64,000 nt of DNA from Dipteris shenzhenensis (Eukaryota). A program made the translations under genes and the position numbers. The notes below the pieces were generated by a model that had not been told where the DNA came from, ran no database searches, and was given only the letters and a program-made list of their open reading frames with translations. The DNA lies in the NCBI GenBank assembly GCA_047967505.1, contig CM106538.1. One strand, given 5' to 3'. Below, piece after piece: positions 46,982-60,000 of this stretch; the first letter of the stretch is position 1, and each line of letters opens with the position of its first letter.

Positions 46982-49900
46982 GTTCCCCCCTAGGTAGGGA
47001 ATGCATAGCATTTCCATGCTGGGACCATCACGCACAGAGAAGGGCTTGAGACAATGCTTGTTGATCACCTTCTTGCCATATGGCTCATGCAGCTCCTGAA
47101 CTTGTACAGACCCATTGCTACATTCCTTGATGACTTTGTATGGACCAGTCCACAGTGGCAGGAACTTCTTATCCATTTGGTGGTCCAATCTGTTATCAAA
47201 GCATAGCACAACATCCCCCTCAACAAAGTGTCTTTCCCATCCCTTGCGAATTTTAGCATTCAAGCAGGCCTTTTGTCGATTCTTTTGGATCTCTGTTTGA
47301 TGTAGTGCAAGGCATCAAGTTTCATCTAACTTCTCAAGTTGTACCAACCTGGCCTCTACATGTTCATCTTCTATCATCCTCTGTTCTCGTGCCAATCTTA
47401 AGGCCGGAATCTCTATCTCTAGTGGTAAAACTGCCTCAGTACTGTACACCAACTCAAAAGGAGTGTGACCTATAGATGTTTTATGAGTGATGTTGTAAGC
47501 CCACACGGCTTCAGTGACCTTCTAATCCCACTGGATCCTATTCTCTGTGGCCATTTTTCCCATGGATTTATAAAGGAGGCCATTGGTCCGCTCCGTTTGT
47601 CCCATGGATGCTGGATGATAATGCTAGAAGTGCGGTGATCAATACCCATGCGATCCATGAGCAACTCCACTGCTTCATTTAAGAATGGACTCCCATGGTT
47701 AGATACTATTTCCATGGGTGTCCCAAACCTTGTGCAGATACGTTCAAATATGAAATTTGAAATTGCCTTACCATTTGTAGCGGGGAGGGCGATAGCTTCA
47801 GCCCACTTAGTGACATATTGAGTGGCTACCAAAAGATACTTCTTTTTGTAGGCAGTCATGGGTAGGGGCCCAACAAAATCTATTCCCCACTTCTGAAACG
47901 GATGGATGGACATCACTGGGTGATGTTGCCCGGGACACAAATCCTTCCTACCAAAGAATTGGCATGGTTCACAAGTTTTGCAATACATAGTGACATCCTT
48001 GAACAAGGTCGACCAATAGTACCTAGCATGTAAAATCTTCTTAGTTGTATAGTCACCGGCATAGTGGCCTCCACAAAATCCATCATGATAATGCTTCAAT
48101 ACCTTAGGTACTTCATTTGCATCAATGGCCCGTCTTAGTATCCCATCCAGGCCTTGACGGTATAACACCCCATCAAAGAGAATGTAGTGCCTACTATCTC
48201 TATGGATTTTCTTTCTCTCATAGCTAGTACTTTTTGGAGGAAAGGAGAAAGCGGTCAAAAACCTGTAGATACCACCATACTATGGATCCCCAACTTCTAT
48301 GGCCGCTACAAGGGTTACATCGAGGCACTCCTCTAAATCAATCAAAGCATTCTTCAAGTTGGAACAACCCCCTTTTACAATTTTGAAAGAAAAATCATAT
48401 TCTTGTAAAACTGCCAACCATTTGGCCAACCGACCCATGGGATTTGGTGATTGAAGAACCTGCTTTGCAAGACCATTGCTACAGATTATAATGAAGGACT
48501 TTCCAGCAACATAATGCTTAAATTTCTCAATGCAGAACACCAAAGACAAAGCATGCTTGTCAGCCTCAGAGTAGCATCGTTCAGTTTCGAGCAATTGTTG
48601 AGAAGCAAATCGAACGAGATACATGAACCGATCCTCCCCTTGCTGGAGAAGAATACCTGCCAGAGTGTGCTCACCAAACCTAGGATTGATATAGAAAGTC
48701 TTTGACCACCAATTAGGATTGCGTAGAGTGGGTTCTGAAGCCAGAGCACTCTTGATTTGTACAAACCCATGATCACAATCCTCATCCCAAGAGAAATCAA
48801 CTCCATCTTTTAATAGCATAGTCATGGGTCGTGTCAAAGCACAATATTGAATAATGAAGCAATGATAGTATCCTACTAGATTGAAAAATGAGCATACCTG
48901 ACGTTTGGTTGTTGGCGGGGAGAGCTTGAGGATAGCTTCTACCTTCTCGGGGTCAAGCTTGACGCCCTTAAATGAGACAATATGTCCTAGTAACCTCCCT
49001 TGAGTGGCTCCAATGGTACATTTATCAGGGTTGAGGCTGCCATTCGCATCATTGACCCTTTGGAAGGCCAACCTAACCTTGATGACGTGCTCCTTACATG
49101 CCAAGAATATATAGAAATCATCTAAAAACACCTCCAAGAAAACCCCCAAATAAGGAGAAAACACCATCTACATAAATCTTTGAAAGGTAGCAGGAGCATT
49201 GGTGAGGCGAAATGGCATTACTTTGAATGCAAATGTCCCCCAAGGTGTGGCAAATGTGGTTTTAAGCACATCCTCCTCAGCAATTCTGATTTGATAAAAC
49301 TCGGAGTAACCATCACAGAAAGTATACATCTCATGACCACTTACCTTCTCAAGAATGAGGTCTTGAAAGGGAAGAGGATGATGGTCCCTCTTGGTGGTTG
49401 CATTGAGTTTCTTATAGTCGATGCAGACCAACCACTTGCTGTTTTTCTTTGCGGTGACTACCACTGGTGAAACCCATTCAGTATTGTGAACCGGAACAAC
49501 AAACCCAGCTTCTACAAGTTTCTGCAACTCTGAGCGCAAAGCATCGGTCTAATCTCCAATACTTCTGAGCCACAGACTTCACATCAGGTTTCAACTCTAT
49601 CTTGTGCTCTATGGTAGTCACATGGCGAAGGTGGCGGTAGCTAGTTGCGAAGAGGTCAGGAAAATATTTGAACATTTCTAGGAACTCGTCTTTCTCACTT
49701 GGAGTGAGGTCTGGGGAAAGCATAGATTCAAGCTGTTGAGGACTAGCTATTACCTTTTCTGTAGGTGGTGGGGTCGGAGACACCCCCATCATGTAAACTT
49801 CCTCCTCTGAGAACTCCTTCCCCCCGTTTGATTCTTCCATTGATTCAGACACCGAGGATGAGAGAGTTTTCTAAAAACCCCATAATATCCCATACACAAA

Positions 49901-51261
49901 TAACTCTCAACCCATACCTAGGTATTTATCATTCATACACATGGTATTTACAATGATCCATTCCACTCATCCTCTCAACCCCATACATATCTTAGAAAAT
50001 GGAAATAAGTGGGAGCCATTAGACTACCAAGTGATACACTCTTATTAAACATAGAAAATAGAAACAGCAATGCCAAATAAAATCTATCAATTTTTGGCAT
50101 CACAATGCCATTCTCCACAATCCATGTGATGAATGGCACTGGTGTCATTCTCCACATAATCATATGGTGGTGTCCATAAGGGCACTGATGCCAATCTTCA
50201 ACCATGATCTATGACAACCTTGGAACCTAGAGAATGACATATCACTGTCTTGCTCCTCTTCTTCTTCTGGTTTAGTGGCACCTGGTTGCACTGGGATCTT
50301 CTCCTTAGAAGCACCAAAAGACATGTGTCCTGTCTTCCAATAGCTGACTACATCACTCTTTCTCAACCATAGTCTCCCGAGTATGGCTAGGTAACTCCTG
50401 CCTGTATCTTCGATGTCCACTACATAGAAATTGACGGTGGTGGTCAACCCATTGACAGTGATGGGCAAATCCTCAATGACTCCCAAGGTGGCGAGTCATC
50501 GACCATCTGCTACCTTGATTCGAGTGGAGGAATGCCTTGTGTATTTCAAATTCAATTTCTTCATGATTTGGGGCACCATGATATTACATGCAGACACTTT
50601 TGACAGGGCAATTTACCTTTCCCTTTTTCTTGCTCCTCCTTGTTGAGAGCCCTTGCTACAACTCACGTCTCACCTTAGGGCTTAATGCTATTAGTTGAGG
50701 GAGCATGATGCTCAAAGACCAATGAGCAAGGTCCTAAACGATCGAATAGTCTTCTTGCCCCGAGCCGATGGGAAAATCCGAGGGTGACCACTTACTCCTG
50801 CGAGATCTTTTAGTCTTCTCTATTGGTGGGTCTGCCATCTCAGCATCTGAGGCCTCTGAGAAGGACACCTTCTTCTTGGGGTGGCCTGGTCCATGGTTTG
50901 GAGAGGGGTTTGAGGTGGTACGACTTCTTTTCCTGAGGTCAAGGATCTCTGCGTCAAAATCCTCGGTGCCTGATTTACTTAGAAGATTCACCCTTGGAAT
51001 ATTGGGACATTCCGTGCGATAATGACCCTTCTGGTGGCACTTGTAGCACACAACATTGGCACGTTCTCTTAGAGGGTGATTGGCTTGATTTCTGATGCCC
51101 ACCATCTCAAGCCGAAGATCATTCAGGGCCTTGGCTAGGTCATTGACCTTGTGGTTGCGACTGTGCTTAGGGGCGTGGGTGCATTGATGGAAGGGAGATT
51201 GAGGCAGCTCCTTTGCCTTCGTAACCTCGCCACCCATTCTTGATGTACGTGACCCTGGCAT
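46982..51261 (-). pseudogene. Degenerate Ty3/gypsy (non-chromovirus-like) gag-pol: gag zinc knuckle, protease, RT, RNase H, integrase with GPY/F
   Basis: CYKCHQKGHYRTEC; ILGRLWL; VCIDYKKLN, MPFRLTNAPATFQ, FLDDF; HHCC, WGIDFVGP, WTGPY. The integrase frame runs into the PPT/LTR; no chromodomain seen. Confidence 0.92.
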
Positions 51262-51848
51262 CTATAGCAAGACCCTCCCACTTTGTATCACATGAGTTTA
51301 TGTCTCGATCTATTTGACCGAGGCATCATCAACCCTCCATCGCTAAGTGGTACAAACACTGGTCTATAGAGTCTACTGTGAAAACATCTGGGGATCGGCC
51401 ATGCAAGCCCTCCCTCCATGCTTTGCCATTGTCCTCATCAAATTCTGTACACTGCTTTCACCATTTTGGAAAGCTGTCTCAATGATGTCCTGATCGACAT
51501 TCATTAAGAAGTGTACATTCTCGTTTTTCAGCACCTTCCTCTAAAACTTAGTGAGACTAGGTTGGTGACACTTCCTCTTCTCACCTGCGTGAGCCATCTC
51601 ATATGCAGTAAGCTGCAACATAGAATTCAAAAAAGAATTCAGTGCCAAGTGCAATAAGAAACTCATCAAGCCATAACAATTAACAATGCAAGCAGTCTAA
51701 GAGATTACCTAGATATAACCTCTCAACTCAAGCTCACATCATGTAAGAGACTACAGAAAATCAAAACATAAAAAATTCTTGTAACCTGCACAAAAAATGA
51801 CCTAGGTATATCCTAATCGTGGACTTCACCATCTAACACTAGGCTTCA

Positions 51849-52600
51849 ACTACAACACACAACTATCAAGGGACAATTGAGTGCTAGACTAAGTGTCTAA
51901 GAGCACATCGTATGATATCTAACTTAGACTACAACACAACTATCAAGGGATAGTTGAGTGCCAGACTAACTGTCTAAGAGCACATCGCATGATATCTAAC
52001 TTAGGTTGCAAAACACAACTATCAAGGGATAGTTGAGTGCCAGACTAAGTGTCTTAGAGCATGTCGCATGATATCTAACTTAGACTGCAACACACAACTA
52101 TCAAGGGATAGTTGAGTGCCAGACTAAGTGCTTGAAAACATATCTAAACTGAGACTATAACACACAACTCTCAAGGGAGACATGAGTGCTAGAATAAGCA
52201 TCTATGAAAACATCACTAAGCTTGGACTGCAACACACAACTCTCTTAAGAGAGATGAGTGTCAACCCAAGAGTTCCTACAAACAAAATTTTTTATACAAA
52301 TTGAGATTGCAACACACAACTCTCTTAAGAGAGATGAGTGCTAGCCTCAGGTAAAAAACAATTATTTATATTATAATCAAAATTGCAAGACATGACAAAA
52401 ACAGATTGCAACACACAACTCTCACAAGAGAGATGAGTGTTAGCCTACTGTCTACACACTTAAATACAATACAAAATAAATATTAAACAATTAAAAAAGA
52501 CTGCAACACACAACTCTCCTAAGAGAGATGAGTGCCAGTCCTAAACAAAAAAAAACAAAAGAAACATTAATTACTGTAACGAAAGACTGCAACACAAACA
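51849..52600. repeat. Array of ~9-10 ~38-bp hairpin repeats (ACTGCAACACACAACT(A/C)TC-N4-GA(T/G)AG(T/A)TGAGTGCYAG) with ~30-60-bp spacers
   Basis: Repeat starts near 51849, 51928, 52005, 52084, 52154, 52226, 52306, 52405, 52500 and a partial copy at 52586. Confidence 0.9.
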
Positions 52601-52728
52601 AGGGTGCAATAAGGTACCTATGATGAGAGCTAGTAGGTATGGAAGCAAGCAGGAGGTAGCAGGTAGGCAAGCAGGAGGTGGCAGGGCTGGAAAGCAAGTG
52701 GTTGAGGTGGCAAGGAAGACAGGTGGAT

Positions 52729-52870
52729 GTATTCGTACGAATACCAAAACTGGCAGTGGCTGCAAGTTTATACTATGTATATTCATATGAATAAACTGAT
52801 CTATTCATATGAATAACTTTATTCGTATGAATAGTTGTTTATTCATACGAATAGGTTATTTATACAAATA
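52729..52870. repeat. Cluster of 14-bp palindromes TATTCRTAYGAATA
   Basis: Copies at 52730, 52780, 52802, 52820, 52840 and a degenerate one at 52857. Confidence 0.85.
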
Positions 52871-54398
52871 AAATATCAAAAAACGTTTGAAACATTTTAA
52901 AGCGCCAAAATCGCGTATTTGGGCGTTTTATTTGAATAAAAAAAAAACGCCCGAATTAATGCAACTTAGGTAGAGATTGATATGGCTAGAAATTCTACGA
53001 TGCCTCACTGCACATAGGCAATGCACAATACCTCCTTTCACATTATTAAGTGGAGTTGGTGCAAAATAGCTCGTAATAGATAATTTTTACTAAGGCAAGT
53101 TTAGTCTTGGATGCTTGAAAAGATAGTTGGATCTATGTTTGAGTAAGCAAGACACTCAAGATAGCATTCAAAGTAGAAAATATTGCACACGTACAACTTA
53201 GCCTCTGATTTGTGCTAACTAAGCATTTTCTAAGAGGTAGGAATAGCTCGAGAGCTTCTTAAACTATGTAAACAGTTATGTAAGTAGAAGGACTCCGATT
53301 CATGACGGGAGTACCTGTAGCAAACTTATCTTTTCCTCTTTTTTTAAAGGGAGATATCAGTAAGGTCGAGGATTGATCTTAAAAAGATACGGATTTTTAA
53401 AGGGATGAATACTATTGAGACTTCATAAGACAAATCTATTCTATGGCTCTGGTGTATATGTTGACAAAATTATGTTTGTTGTGATCACAGGGACTAACAT
53501 TGGTAGATATTTATAATAGTATTTTTTATTGTAAGTCATTTTAATGGTAGAATGGAGATATGGTGGCAGTAGGTAGCCACATCCCTTATGATCTCTAAGG
53601 CCTCTGCTCAAGAGAAAGGAATATTTTCTGAATGACCCTCAATAACTTTAAGATCACAAAGGAAGGATCCTCGGTGCTTTATTGAAAATCATCACTGTCA
53701 GTGTCTTTGTTCCAAATAGTTGAGGCTGACAAGGATAACAACTGTGGCTTGGCTATGAAGCCTGTAGTCCCACAATGCATTGTGTTCATGTCCTGACATG
53801 TTGTGCTTGTGGATGGATGTAGGTGAGTCCAGCTACTTACCTTGACTTTTTGGTGAAAAGGGAAAGACAGTGAGATGATATATACGGGTGGATCTGACCA
53901 TTTGAAAATTGTCCTTAGTCCGAGAGCACCTACTAATGAGGAACCCCTTGGAGTACCCCAATGGCAACTCGACACATTTTGATGCCCATTTGGAGGTCCC
54001 ATGAAAGCAACATCTATCCAGCTACCAAGCTGTCCACTATGACCTGGTTTCTACACAAGAAAAACTATATTAATAGAGGATTTTGATAAATCCATACATT
54101 GGATAGACAAAGAGATCTATGGAATAGACAATATCTGAATTCTGCTTTATATTTATGTTTGATATAAATATATTTCCATAATTTTGACTTTACAAGATTC
54201 TTGGTCATGTCTGTCCAATGGAATTGTATATAAGCATCATCCCTAAGTGTGGGATACACTACTCTAATTGCATATGATGCAGGATGAAATACAATAGGAG
54301 CATGGGAATGGCAATGCATGCACTATAAAGGGCATTCTTTACATGAAAACCAAGGATGTGTAGTAGGGAAGAATTAGAGTATACTGTTTTAGTAGGTA

Positions 54399-54447
54399 AC
54401 ACACACACACACACACACACACATTAATGGTGCTTAAAAAATTCTCA

Positions 54448-54479
<32 letters not shown>

Positions 54480-54726
54480 TTATAATACACAATCATTTAA
54501 TTTTCCCCCCCTTCCTTATGCAGTGCCTAATAATTTGGTTCCCCCCCCTCCCTTTTGCACTGCCTAACAAATTATTAAGTATTTTTTCCTCCCCCCCTTC
54601 GCTCTTTTAATTTTTACACTTATTTTATTTTCTTTTGCCCACTTTTTATATTATATTCTTCTTTTAATTGGTTAAATTTTTTTTAATGGTTTGCACACAC
54701 ACACACACACACACATGTGCGCGTGT

Positions 54727-54765
<39 letters not shown>
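54399..54765. repeat. Cluster of (CA)n microsatellites
   Basis: Four (CA)n tracts. Confidence 0.9.
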
Positions 54766-54768
<3 letters not shown>

Positions 54769-55805
54769 TTTTAATACTTTCTACCACACTTGTACGCTCC
54801 TTATACTCATTCACACACACTTAGGCTCCTTACATTTTCACTTACTCACACACCTAACCTCCCCTCTCTCTACACCAAAGTTTTTTCTCACTTCTTCTTA
54901 TTTTTAATGCTCAAAATAGGCTTTTTTTACATTTTATGCTTAACTTAGGCTTTAATATAACACACTTTCACTTATTTGCTTCCACACAACCCCTCCTTAA
55001 CCCCCCTCCTCTCTTTTCATGTCCCATGGGCTTTATTAGCATTCAAGCAGATCCATTGAGATGACTTTAACCCCCCCTAACCTAACAACCCTACCACCTA
55101 ATGCATAACCACACCCACTACTTTCCACTTTACTCCCACCGCCATGCAGTTCTGATCTTACCACCTAACCCCCCTTGCCCAACTTACTACCACCCTTGAA
55201 ATATTATCTCCTCTACTTCCCCTTGACCAGTTCCACCACCACCTTAACATGGCCTCGTTGTTAACAGGTTCTTGCTTGTAACTTGATCCTTCTCTTGCTA
55301 GCTCACGACACATTGATCTGATGGTTTTGACTTTATAATCTTACCTCGTCCGTGTTTCTTTATAAGAGACTCTGTATTTGAGCCGCCCTTCTGCTACAAG
55401 CTCTCCCCTTCCCGTAAGCTCTTCCTTTGCCTTTCTTGCTGGCTCTCCTCTTGGCTCTGACCCTTCTCTCAGCCACCTCTACGTCGACTTCTCCTCTACA
55501 TTGTCCTCTGCAACCTTCCAATTTTAACCACCTTTTGTTCCATCGTTTGTATGGTGGTTGCTCTGTTCATTGCTAGCATTTTTATGTGGTTCGCCTCTTT
55601 TTGATGACTTGAGGTACTCTGATGTTGCTCTCCTCCCCTTACAAGGTTTAGCTACTATTGCCCTTGGCCTGTCTTCAATTGATAAGGCATGTGCCATCAA
55701 GAGGTACTAGAAAAAACCCATGCTTGATGAGGAGTCATAAAGGAATAAATATTGAAGTTTGTAAGGAGAATCATAAGCCAAACACCCATTTTATTAATTG
55801 GGTAG

Positions 55806-55838
<33 letters not shown>

Positions 55839-57046
55839 GCCTTACCAAGACTATTGGCTATTGCATAGCCCTTTTGCAAAACTATTGTAGCCCAAAAATA
55901 TTCGTGCACTAATGCAGTATCGAAAGCAAGAGAATGAGAGCAACAAATTTCATATCATAACAAAAGAGAGATGAAGACTTGAGAGTGTTTGTAGGTACAT
56001 CTTGAACATCAAGTCATCTCCTAGATTCGAAGTTTTTAGTCTATCATCACCATGACATCATCGTATAGGCCAAGCTAGGAAAATACAAAAAGGGACTGAT
56101 ATGAAAAAGGTGTACAAAACTCTATTTCAGGCCATACACCCTTTGCGTGCAAGCTCTTGCCTGGACTTCCAAAGTTAAACGTCACTGGCTTCATGGTTTG
56201 TGCACTGCTCCTAGATCCTACTTATTATGATGCGGCTCATACCACCTCTACAATATTGCTTGTAAGCATAGATTTTACTGGCTTCTACTGACCAACATTT
56301 TTTATCAGGCGTTGGGCTAGCTCTCGATGTCTTCTTACATTTGTTCTCTATTGCTTTCTATCTCTACAAAGTGTAGCATTTCCAATTTTTGCCACCTTTG
56401 CTATTCAATGATGTAGTACTCTGATTTGATTATGTCTTTCATCCCTGACTCAGTGGATGTGCTACTACCTCTCAAGCTGAATCTGCCATCACTTGTCAGT
56501 CATCTAGAATTGCAGGTGATCTTCTACATGTTTGCACCTTTATGCCTTGCACTCTTGCTCTGCACTTTCTGGCACTCTACGAAGCTATCATGATTAGTGA
56601 GCTCATTTCTCTCTTGACAACCGCTCTCATCTTTGATTCCTTCTAAACACTTCATTGTCTCGGTTGCACCAAAGGCTATGCATGAAGATCTGTTTTGGCT
56701 TCTCCGTCCTCTCATGTTTATCGCCTCTTGCTGTCACTATATATCTTTAGCTAGTTTTATAGCTTTTTCAAATCTAGATTCTACCATTTATGTTGCATGG
56801 TGTTTGTTACAATATGTGTCGAGGGATGACATTAAAACTTGCTACGACCTTCACCATGGTCTATGATGTAGATGAGTGTGTAGTTTTAAGATGCATCCTC
56901 AATTGCTTAGCTACTTTGCCAACTTAGGATACACACACACACACACACAATTTCTACACTCTTTCACATATTTATACAATTACTAACATCTAGAAATTCA
57001 CATTATCCCCATCCCCCCCCCCCCCCCCTTTTTTTTCCCCCCTCCT

Positions 57047-60000
57047 TGTTGAGATATCAAGCTCTACCCCCGATATATCTCCTGGATGACTATCATTTAT
57101 GTCACCGCCTATGTTAGTTGTACTCGTGGTGTAGTTAGACTACCACGTATGTTTTTGGTTTGGGTTCACATATGAACCACGTATTCTAGGTTTTGACATA
57201 TAGGGTATTTCCCTCTTCTATTGTATTGTTGTTGTGTGCAAAAGTAAAGAAAGGCTTCACCCTCCAACCTTGTGTCCTCTCTCTTTTGTGTGTTGTGAAG
57301 AAAGCTGAACTTGAGTCTCCTATCTCTCTCCCTTATTCTTTACATGGTATCAGAGCCTTGTTCGTGGTAAGGAGCTCAAGAAAGCAAGCCAAGTTCGTGG
57401 TGTCCTGGTAAGAGGACCAGTGTTGCTTTCCTATTTCGAGTTTGGGAGCAAATCTCTGCAGGTAGCACAGCCAGAAGTGCAGGAGTGCACTGTTTGAGAT
57501 TGAGAGGCCCTTCGCGGTGTGACGAGAGCGCAGTATATGCTACGGGAAAGGGCAAAGCCCTTGGTGACTATTTTTTTGATTTGAGGCCGTTTCGGGGCCC
57601 GTTTTGAAGGCGCAAGTTCTTCGCAGGCACTCAGAAAAAGGCCCTGTTTTTCACTGTGCGACCACTGCGCGGCTAGTCTCGGTGGAAAGGTGCCACAGAA
57701 ATTGCATCATATGCCTGTGTGTAGAGATATTGGGAGTTGCAGATTCATGCCTGTTGCCTGTTGATGCAAAATCGTCACTAGGAAGTGACTGTGTGGTGAA
57801 ATACCACTTTCGTCAGTGTTGCGGATCTGCCCCTGTGAGGCTGTTTGCAAAAGTTTTGCTATTTGCCCTTGTGAGGCATTTGCTGTGTTTACAGGTTGCT
57901 GTTGCAATTCGTGATTTGTAAAATGTCTGAGAATCTGTCTACCATTGTCAGTGAGAAGCTTGACAAGAACAACTTCCAAGCATGGAAGTTCAGGATGACA
58001 AACTTCCTTATGGGAAAGCGAGTTTGGGAGTACATCAGTGGTGAAACTGCAGAACCAGTGTTGGGTGCTGCTCCCACTCCTGCTGAATTGAAGGCCTTTA
58101 AAGAATGGCATGAAAAAGCCAGAAAATGCTTGTATTGGCTGTCTGTTAGCATTTCAGATTCTATGATTGTGCATATACAGGATGTAGAGACACCTAAGGA
58201 GGCATGGGATACATTGGTGAAGCTGTATAGCACAAATACCAAAGCACGAAAGATGCAGCTAAAGCAGGAGTTGCACAATGTGCAAAGGAAAAATATGAAT
58301 ATAAATGAGTATTCCTTGAAGGTGAAAGGCCTTGCAGATTCTCTTGCCTCCATTGGAGCACCTGTTGATGATGAGGACTTAGTGTCTATGACCTTGAATG
58401 GTCTTGGGAAAGATTATGCACAGTTTCGGACATCCATTGGAGTCCGTGAAACATTTCCTGATTTTCAGGAACTTATTGCTCTCTTGCTGAGTGAAGAGCA
58501 AAGGAATGGTGGTTCAGCCACCTCAACTTCTCAAGAGACTACTTTCTACTCGAATACAGGTAGAGGCAGGGGTAGAGGAAGAGGCCGTTTTGGTGGCCGT
58601 GCAGGAAATCAGAACCAACAGCAACAACAGGAAAACCAGTCCTATGGAGGAGGACGTGGTAGTTCTAGAGGCAGGGGGAGCCAAAGAGGCCGTGGTTCAT
58701 GGCAAAGGAACCAGCAAGTAAATAGCAGCACAGAATGCTATTATTGTGGAAAGCCTGAACACAAGGAGAATACATGCTATAAAAAGTAGAATGACATCAA
58801 AAGTGGGAAGTTGCAGCAAAGCAACTATGCATCATCAAGTGGGCATGGTGACGACAGAAATGAGCACCTTTTTGTGATGCAGCATATGGTTAACTCCATG
58901 TCAGGAGATGCTGCAGCTTGCAATGATGTTTGGTATGTTGATTCAGGTGCCTCTAACCACATGACCAGTCATGGTGAGTGGTTTCATGATGTTAGAAATT
59001 TGGATAAGCCAGGTTATGTTGAAACAAGTGATGATACTGCGCACCCAATTACGCAAGTTGTTAAAGTGCCATTGGCTATGCAGGATGGCAAAACGAAGTA
59101 CTTGGCAGATGTACTTCATGTTCCAAAAATCACTAAGAACCTGGTTTCAGTTGGCCAGATGGTTGAGCAAGGTCTGCAGGTTATATTTAATCCTGATGGA
59201 TGCTTTGTTGAGGACTTGAAAAATAAGTGCCGCTTGGTTGCGAAAGGCAACAAAAATGGCAGAATGTTCACCTTGGATGTTGATATGCCTGAGGTGAAAG
59301 CTGCTATGTTTGCGCATGGGAGAGGTGTCATTGCAGATATTGAGATATGGCACAAGCGCATTGGGCATGTGAATATACAAAGGCTGAAATCTATGCAAAC
59401 GAAAAACATTGTTGCAGGTTTGCCTAAATTCAGAGTTGAGGGAATGCAAAAGGTATGTGAAGCATGCCAAATGGGTAAGCAGGCTAGACATGCATTTCCC
59501 AAAAATGCTAAGGTGAGCAGAAGACCTTTGGAAGTGATCCATTCAGATGTTTGGACAACCAAAGCTGCTTCTATTGGTGGATGCCATTATTATGTGACGT
59601 TTATTGATGACTACACTAGGAAGGTGTGGATTTATTTTATGAAGCACAAAAGTGAAGTGTTCAGCCATTTCAAGGCTTTTAAGGCCATGGTTGAAAAAGA
59701 GAAAGGTGTGCATATTAAAGTGCTAAGATCTGATGGAGGGGGAGAGTACTTTTCAGAAGAATTTTGTGAATATCTGAAAGAACAGGGAATTCAAAGGAAG
59801 TACTCATGCAGGTCTACTCCTCAGTAGAATGGGGTTGCAGAAAGGAAGAAAAGACATATTGCAGAAGTAGGACGGGCGATCCTAAATGAGAAAAACATGC
59901 CTGATTATTTTTGGGCTGAAGCAGTAGCAACTGCTGTTTATATTATGAACAGAACCCCCACTGCAGCTGTCCATGGCATGACGCCTGAAGAAATGTATAC

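Noticed and set aside
51849-52600. Bona fide CRISPR array or hammerhead-ribozyme (retrozyme) array
   Set aside because: Eukaryotic TE context, no cas genes, several spacers duplicated and spacer lengths uneven. No CUGANGA...GAAA hammerhead core found. Kept only as a CRISPR-like architecture.
52950-57040. Host gene exons, or the 5' LTR/PBS of the minus-strand gypsy
   Set aside because: No recognisable protein motifs, no match to the 43260 LTR terminus and no clear PBS; left unannotated.
58780-58800. Programmed gag-pol stop-codon readthrough at TAG 58787
   Set aside because: The context TAG-AAT-GAC is not the CARYYA readthrough motif, and two other TAGs in the same ORF are CAG in the sibling copy.
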